From Candidatus Hydrogenedentota bacterium (lineage in GTDB: Bacteria > Hydrogenedentota > Hydrogenedentia > Hydrogenedentales > SLHB01): a DNA stretch of 41,617 nt. The position numbers and the translations under genes were made by a program. Within the stretch, counting starts at the first letter, position 1. Every line of letters begins with the position of its first letter. Below the pieces are notes generated by a model, which was given only the letters and a program-made list of their open reading frames with translations, searched no databases and was not told the DNA's origin. Where the stretch lies: the NCBI GenBank assembly GCA_034408725.1, contig JAWXCN010000105.1:1-41617 (forward strand), read 5' to 3'. Shown here one piece after another: positions 37,426 through 41,617 of the stretch.

Positions 37426-40101
37426 TCACGCAGTCCGCATTTCTGCGCGGCGCTTGAGTATCACGAACATGACCACAAGGCATACCACAAGCATCAATGC
37501 CCATTCGTGGGGTTCCGGCACTCCCGGTATTGCTTCTTCATTCTTCGCCGGGTCCAGACCGTGTTGGGCATATTGTTCCGCGCGCTCCAATACCACCGCG
37601 CCGGACAACGGCGTCACCAATCGGGTTTCGACTGCAAGTGGCCGCAACAAATCAAGCGCGCCGGTTTGATGTGCGCGCACGGCGCGTCCAACCGCATCGT
37701 TCACGGCCAGCCGCACTACGTGGCCAGACGCCATTCCTTCGATCTGGTGGGCGGAATCCGACTCATTCAATTCGAATTGCGCGATCATCGATCCGCTTGC
37801 GCGGTATTTCAGCGCGAACTGAATGGTCTCGTCCAAGGATTCCAGGACCGGGATTCGCTCCAGCATTTGCAGGTCGCCGCATTGCTCGAGCATGCGGTTC
37901 GGACCTGGTATGGCCTCGATCGACAAGATGCGCGGGCTCGCCTCTCCTCGCCGTCTCTCCCACTGCCGCAACGGTTCCACTGATGACAATTCTACGGGCA
38001 ACGGTCCGTGTACCCATAACACGGTCCCACCGATTCCGGCGGTCTCACATGCGCGGATGAGCGATGGGACAGGGTCGCATCCTCCCTCATACTCGCGGGT
38101 CGAAAGCCAATGCGCGAATTCGGCGGAGTTGACGTGGCCATCGAAGATTTCGATGTCGTCGCTTGCAAAAAAAGCGGAGAGGACAGTGTTTGGAGGAATT
38201 GCACCTATGATCGAATCCCAGTCGATCTGTACGTCCCCCATTCCCGCGGAACCATCAATCACGAGGCACATTGACGTTTCGGAGGTTGACTCTGGCACGG
38301 CGCGCATCGTCATGGTCGCTGCTTTCGCCCCCAATATGCCGGCATACAATGGGCCATTGCTCCAGAGGGCCGCGACTTGTACGGCAGCGCGATCACCGCG
38401 TTGCAGTTCCGTTTCGGGAACGTTCGCGCGCAACGTCTGGTCGCCCTCCGATTTCAGGACGGGACACGTCGCAACAAGTCCTGGTTCACATTCGATCCAT
38501 ACGCCATGCTCGAACCCGGGAACAATGGTGAAATTGCGCTCGGATATGTAGGGCAACCGCAGATAAGCCTTGCCATTGCGCATGACCAACGGCGCGGTAA
38601 TTCCAAGCTTGACCTTCATTGTACTATTCGGAAGGATGGGAAAACATTGCAGCAGGACCTTGTCAGGCCCGCAAACGTTCAATAGCGCGGGATCGCGACG
38701 TTGAACCACCGCGACGCTCTGGTACGCTTCACGTACCTGATCACGTCCGCCAAATGCCGCTTCGCGCTCCTCGCCATCAATCCAAAGTGTCAGACGGCTC
38801 GCAACACCGCCGTGCGGCAACTCGATCTGCGCGCGCGCTTCGCGCTCGCTTTCCGAAACGTTTTCGAACTCAACTATCCACTCCAGGTAGGCCAGTTGCG
38901 GTGCGTCTTTCGTGGACGCGAGGCGCATTACGCTGGCGTCCATGCTGCTCGCGCGCAGGCTTACGCCGCGCACGCGCCCGGCGACCTTCGTGCCGCCGAC
39001 TTCACTGTCGGCAACGCGCTCGTCTTCCCACGAATTCGCAAATGGCCGCGTGCGGAACGTCACGCGCATTTCCGGTTTCGGAACGCTGTTGTAGGGCACA
39101 CCCGTCACGCGGAAATACAGGTTGCGATACTGATCGCGTTGCGCAATGTCGTCCGTGTTCCATCGCCGGCTGGGACCAATCCCGCGAACAATAGGCGCAT
39201 AACACGCTTTTAACAACTGGTGTTCGAGATGGAACGTCCGAATCTGGCGGATTCCACGGTCACGCGACACCGGGTCGTCGCTAATCGCCATCGGTAATAC
39301 ACGCGCGGCGACGATGCCGGGGCCTGTGTACACCGCCGCCAGCAACAGCACGACAGCCACGCCCATGATCGAGTAGCGGCGCGGAAGCGGGCATGCGAGC
39401 GGTTGTTGTGAATGCAAACGATACAGTGCATCCATTTGAATTAACCCTGCAACAAGACAAAACATTGGCGCGAAACCCATGATGCCAAGACCAAACGCGA
39501 GCAGCGCGACTACGGATACGGGTAGGAGTGGAATATAAATGAGAAAGTAGACCGCCGCGAGTGCCGTGGCGTACCCGTTCAATACAAATGCCGCGCGCGA
39601 CCACCGTTTGTGAAACTGTTGATCAGGGCTTTCCAGAAAGAAGTGCACCAGAATCAATGCCCCCAACAGTGCAGCGCCCGCCGCAATATGCCACCAGGTT
39701 GGAATCGGATCTACATACATTTCCGCCATTGCGCCGAGACAAAACTCAAAAATCAGTGCGCCCGCCGGAACCAGAATTCCGAGAATCAAAACCAACGCGC
39801 TTTTCCGCGGGGAGTAAATCGGCCGTTCGACATTTTCGCCCGGCGATGCTTTCGGCGCCGTGTTGATAGGGCCCGATTCCCGCCCCGCAATTTGTTCCGG
39901 AGTCCCAAGTTTCGTAAGAACCTGTTGGACCTGTTCGGCCGTCACCATCGTTCCGGATTGGCCGGCCGCTTCCGCGCGGATGTGCAGCATCAGACCATCG
40001 ACAATGTCGTCGGCATCGTCGCCGTTAGCACGTGCCAAACGTTCTACCTCGGCGAGATATTCGCTTAGCCGTTTTTCAGCGTCGGAAGTCCATTGCGTCA
40101 T
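37426..40101 (-). CDS. HAAS-TM-VIT-vWA-like protein with C-terminal PEP-CTERM sorting signal (891 aa)
   Basis: ATG 40101 overlaps the PadR stop (ATGA). N-terminal EYLAEVE..DDIVDGLMLHI..LTKLGTPEQIA (HAAS-like), about 5 TMs, VIT-like FENVSESEREARAQIELPHGGVASRLTLWIDGEEREAAF..RRDPALL, VIDGSAGM, LVTPLSGAVVLE, and VPEPHEW + TM + KRR. Confidence 0.88.
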   Translation of the reverse strand: MTQWTSDAEKRLSEYLAEVERLARANGDDADDIVDGLMLHIRAEAAGQSGTMVTAEQVQQVLTKLGTPEQIAGRESGPINTAPKASPGENVERPIYSPRKSALVLILGILVPAGALIFEFCLGAMAEMYVDPIPTWWHIAAGAALLGALILVHFFLESPDQQFHKRWSRAAFVLNGYATALAAVYFLIYIPLLPVSVVALLAFGLGIMGFAPMFCLVAGLIQMDALYRLHSQQPLACPLPRRYSIMGVAVVLLLAAVYTGPGIVAARVLPMAISDDPVSRDRGIRQIRTFHLEHQLLKACYAPIVRGIGPSRRWNTDDIAQRDQYRNLYFRVTGVPYNSVPKPEMRVTFRTRPFANSWEDERVADSEVGGTKVAGRVRGVSLRASSMDASVMRLASTKDAPQLAYLEWIVEFENVSESEREARAQIELPHGGVASRLTLWIDGEEREAAFGGRDQVREAYQSVAVVQRRDPALLNVCGPDKVLLQCFPILPNSTMKVKLGITAPLVMRNGKAYLRLPYISERNFTIVPGFEHGVWIECEPGLVATCPVLKSEGDQTLRANVPETELQRGDRAAVQVAALWSNGPLYAGILGAKAATMTMRAVPESTSETSMCLVIDGSAGMGDVQIDWDSIIGAIPPNTVLSAFFASDDIEIFDGHVNSAEFAHWLSTREYEGGCDPVPSLIRACETAGIGGTVLWVHGPLPVELSSVEPLRQWERRRGEASPRILSIEAIPGPNRMLEQCGDLQMLERIPVLESLDETIQFALKYRASGSMIAQFELNESDSAHQIEGMASGHVVRLAVNDAVGRAVRAHQTGALDLLRPLAVETRLVTPLSGAVVLERAEQYAQHGLDPAKNEEAIPGVPEPHEWALMLVVCLVVMFVILKRRAEMRTA

Positions 40102-40472
40102 AACTGAGCATCCTTTTTCACCAGGGCGCCAATATCGCCGGATAAACCGCTCCAGTAACTCTGCATCGATTCGACGGTTCGCCGGCCTTCGTCCGTCAGC
40201 ACATAGTATTTTCGCGCGGGACCGCCGGAGGATTCCTCGAGGCGGGACGTGATTAAACCTGCGCCGCGCAATCGGGCCAACAAGGGATAGATAGTGCCTT
40301 CCGTAATGACAAGGGCCTTGATATCCGCGAGGCGTTTCACAAGGTCGTAGGCGTACATTTCGCCTTCGGAAAGCAACGTCACGATGCACAATTCCAACAG
40401 GCCCTTGCGGACCTGGGTTACCCAATTATCGAGGCTAAAGACTGAATTGGAACTTTTATTCTCGACGAGCAT
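40098..40472 (-). CDS. PadR family transcriptional regulator
   Basis: TQVRKGLLELCIV, YAYDL, EGTIYPLLARL, SSGGPARKYYVLTDEG, W in the C-terminal helix. Confidence 0.95.
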   Translation of the reverse strand: MLVENKSSNSVFSLDNWVTQVRKGLLELCIVTLLSEGEMYAYDLVKRLADIKALVITEGTIYPLLARLRGAGLITSRLEESSGGPARKYYVLTDEGRRTVESMQSYWSGLSGDIGALVKKDAQL

Positions 40473-40511
40473 AACCTAATACTAATACAAACTACCTTGT
40501 AATGCAAGCAA
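40473..40511 (-). promoter_or_regulatory. Sigma70-like promoter (apparently leaderless) with a palindrome over the -35
   Basis: Minus strand reads TTGCAT-N17-TAGTAT-N6-ATG with no SD sequence. CTTG-N5-CAAG palindrome (40496-40508) overlaps the -35. Confidence 0.65.
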
Positions 40512-40675
40512 CTATTTCGATAAATCAAAAGAGAATATATAAATTACCCTGTTTACGGCTAGAAAGCGCGTGTATTAGCTCGGTTTAAAATATAAACCTT
40601 GAAATTATATATCAATGTATATAGTCAATAAATAATTACACAAGTAGTCGAGCCTCGCCCAAAATGTCGCAGTAG

Positions 40676-41491
40676 TCAAGAAGAGTTCTTGGAAGAAAAC
40701 AACCGTTCCGCGTTGCCACCCGCAATGTGTTCCTTGGTTTCGGCGTCGGCGTTGAGGCATTGAAGTTTGAGGAAGGCTGGAGATGGCGTCTTGAACGGAA
40801 ACCCGGTGCCGAGAAGGATTCGGTCCGGCCCGAGGGCGCCGAGCATGATCTCGATATTCTTGTCGAGCACGCTAGTCATGCGGGTTAGCTCGGCGTAGAA
40901 CGGCAGGGCGTGCATCCGTTTCCAGATGTCGCTGTCGCGGGGGTACCCGAGGATGGCTTCGAGCATAATGAAGGTGGTCTTGGGCCGTTGTTCCGCGAGG
41001 GCGAGCACGCTTTCGGGATCGATATTGTCAATCACATCCATCCAGTGGCGTTGGCGGACGTCTTCGATGCGGCCCGTGAACGACACGGGTAATCCGGCCT
41101 CAGTGGCTGCGTCGATGATCGCGAGCGTTTCCAGGCTTTCGAGCGCGTAGCCGTGATAGGTGGGATACAGACGCAGCGCGGAAAATCCGAGATCAACGCA
41201 TTCCCTCAGATCGCGTTGCCAGCCCGCATAGGCGGGGTTGAGCGTGGCGTACAGAAAAAACCGGTCCGCGTGCGGACGCGTCTGCTCGTGAAGCATGCGG
41301 TTTCCGTCATGAGAATCCCGGTACAGAATTGCATCCGCGGACGCGACGCACGCCTTTGATATGCCGAAGGTATCCATCATTTGGATCAGCCCGGGGGCGT
41401 CGTTATGACGCAACCGCCGGAACGGCCAGTTGCCGATGAAAGCGTGCGCATCGATGATGCCGGGACCGAACAAGGGTTCGTACCGGCTCAT
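40676..41491 (-). CDS. Amidohydrolase_2-family TIM-barrel protein, degenerate active site
   Basis: IIDAHAFIG, ALRLYPTYHGY, GPDRILLGTGFP, IAGGNAERLF. The fold is recognisable but HxH reads HAF and the FGxD Asp is Gly. Confidence 0.85.
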   Translation of the reverse strand: MSRYEPLFGPGIIDAHAFIGNWPFRRLRHNDAPGLIQMMDTFGISKACVASADAILYRDSHDGNRMLHEQTRPHADRFFLYATLNPAYAGWQRDLRECVDLGFSALRLYPTYHGYALESLETLAIIDAATEAGLPVSFTGRIEDVRQRHWMDVIDNIDPESVLALAEQRPKTTFIMLEAILGYPRDSDIWKRMHALPFYAELTRMTSVLDKNIEIMLGALGPDRILLGTGFPFKTPSPAFLKLQCLNADAETKEHIAGGNAERLFSSKNSS

Positions 41492-41616
41492 GACACATTC
41501 CTTTTATCGAGAATTTTCTGAAAATTCCCGCCGAGCACGCGGGCGCGCTGTTCATCGGTGAAATTTGCGTCGAGTATCTTCCCCACTCCGCCTTCCATAG
41601 TCATGTCCGTGCCGAA
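41488..41616 (-). CDS. Amidohydrolase family protein, C-terminal fragment (5' part outside the window)
   Basis: Manual translation FGTDMTMEGGVGKILDANFTDEQRARVLGGNFQKILDKRNVS*. The stop overlaps the next ATG (ATGA). Confidence 0.75.
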   Translation of the reverse strand, partial: FGTDMTMEGGVGKILDANFTDEQRARVLGGNFQKILDKRNVS

Positions 41617-41617
41617 C

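Noticed and set aside
40102-40425. 108-aa N-terminal extension of the VIT protein (999-aa ORF)
   Set aside because: It is an alternative frame over padR. The ATGA-coupled start at 40101 is far more plausible, and I saw no evidence for a frameshift fusion.
40512-40675. AT-rich intergenic tract as an ncRNA or origin
   Set aside because: No stable structure, DnaA-box array or iterons seen; consistent with an upstream promoter region.

Overview
GC-rich bacterial chromosomal segment of about 32 genes. I found no rRNA, tRNA, CRISPR array or transposase. The gene content (eukaryote-like Ser/Thr kinase with a 'DRNLLF' N-terminus, PVC-type CxxCH dehydrogenase, DUF1549/DUF1553 protein, PmoA-like DUF6807) points to a PVC-like or Hydrogenedentes-like organism; this is inference only. 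Housekeeping and metabolic genes include sthA, a three-domain aas, mnmG, ltaE, alkaline phosphatase, GDPD, a CDF transporter and an ArnT-like glycosyltransferase. The most notable item is a tightly coupled minus-strand operon (35922-40510): an apparently leaderless, autoregulated PadR repressor, then an 891-aa HAAS / multi-TM / VIT / vWA-like / PEP-CTERM protein, then a dedicated exosortase with a fused extracytoplasmic domain. This looks like a membrane-signalling circuit wired to a protein-sorting protease. Other items worth a look: two tandem Pro-rich mini-lipoproteins sharing a C-terminal motif, a small-protein plus nucleotidyltransferase TA-like pair, a probably inactive amidohydrolase coupled to a paralog, and three different REP/REPIN-like inverted-repeat doublets.
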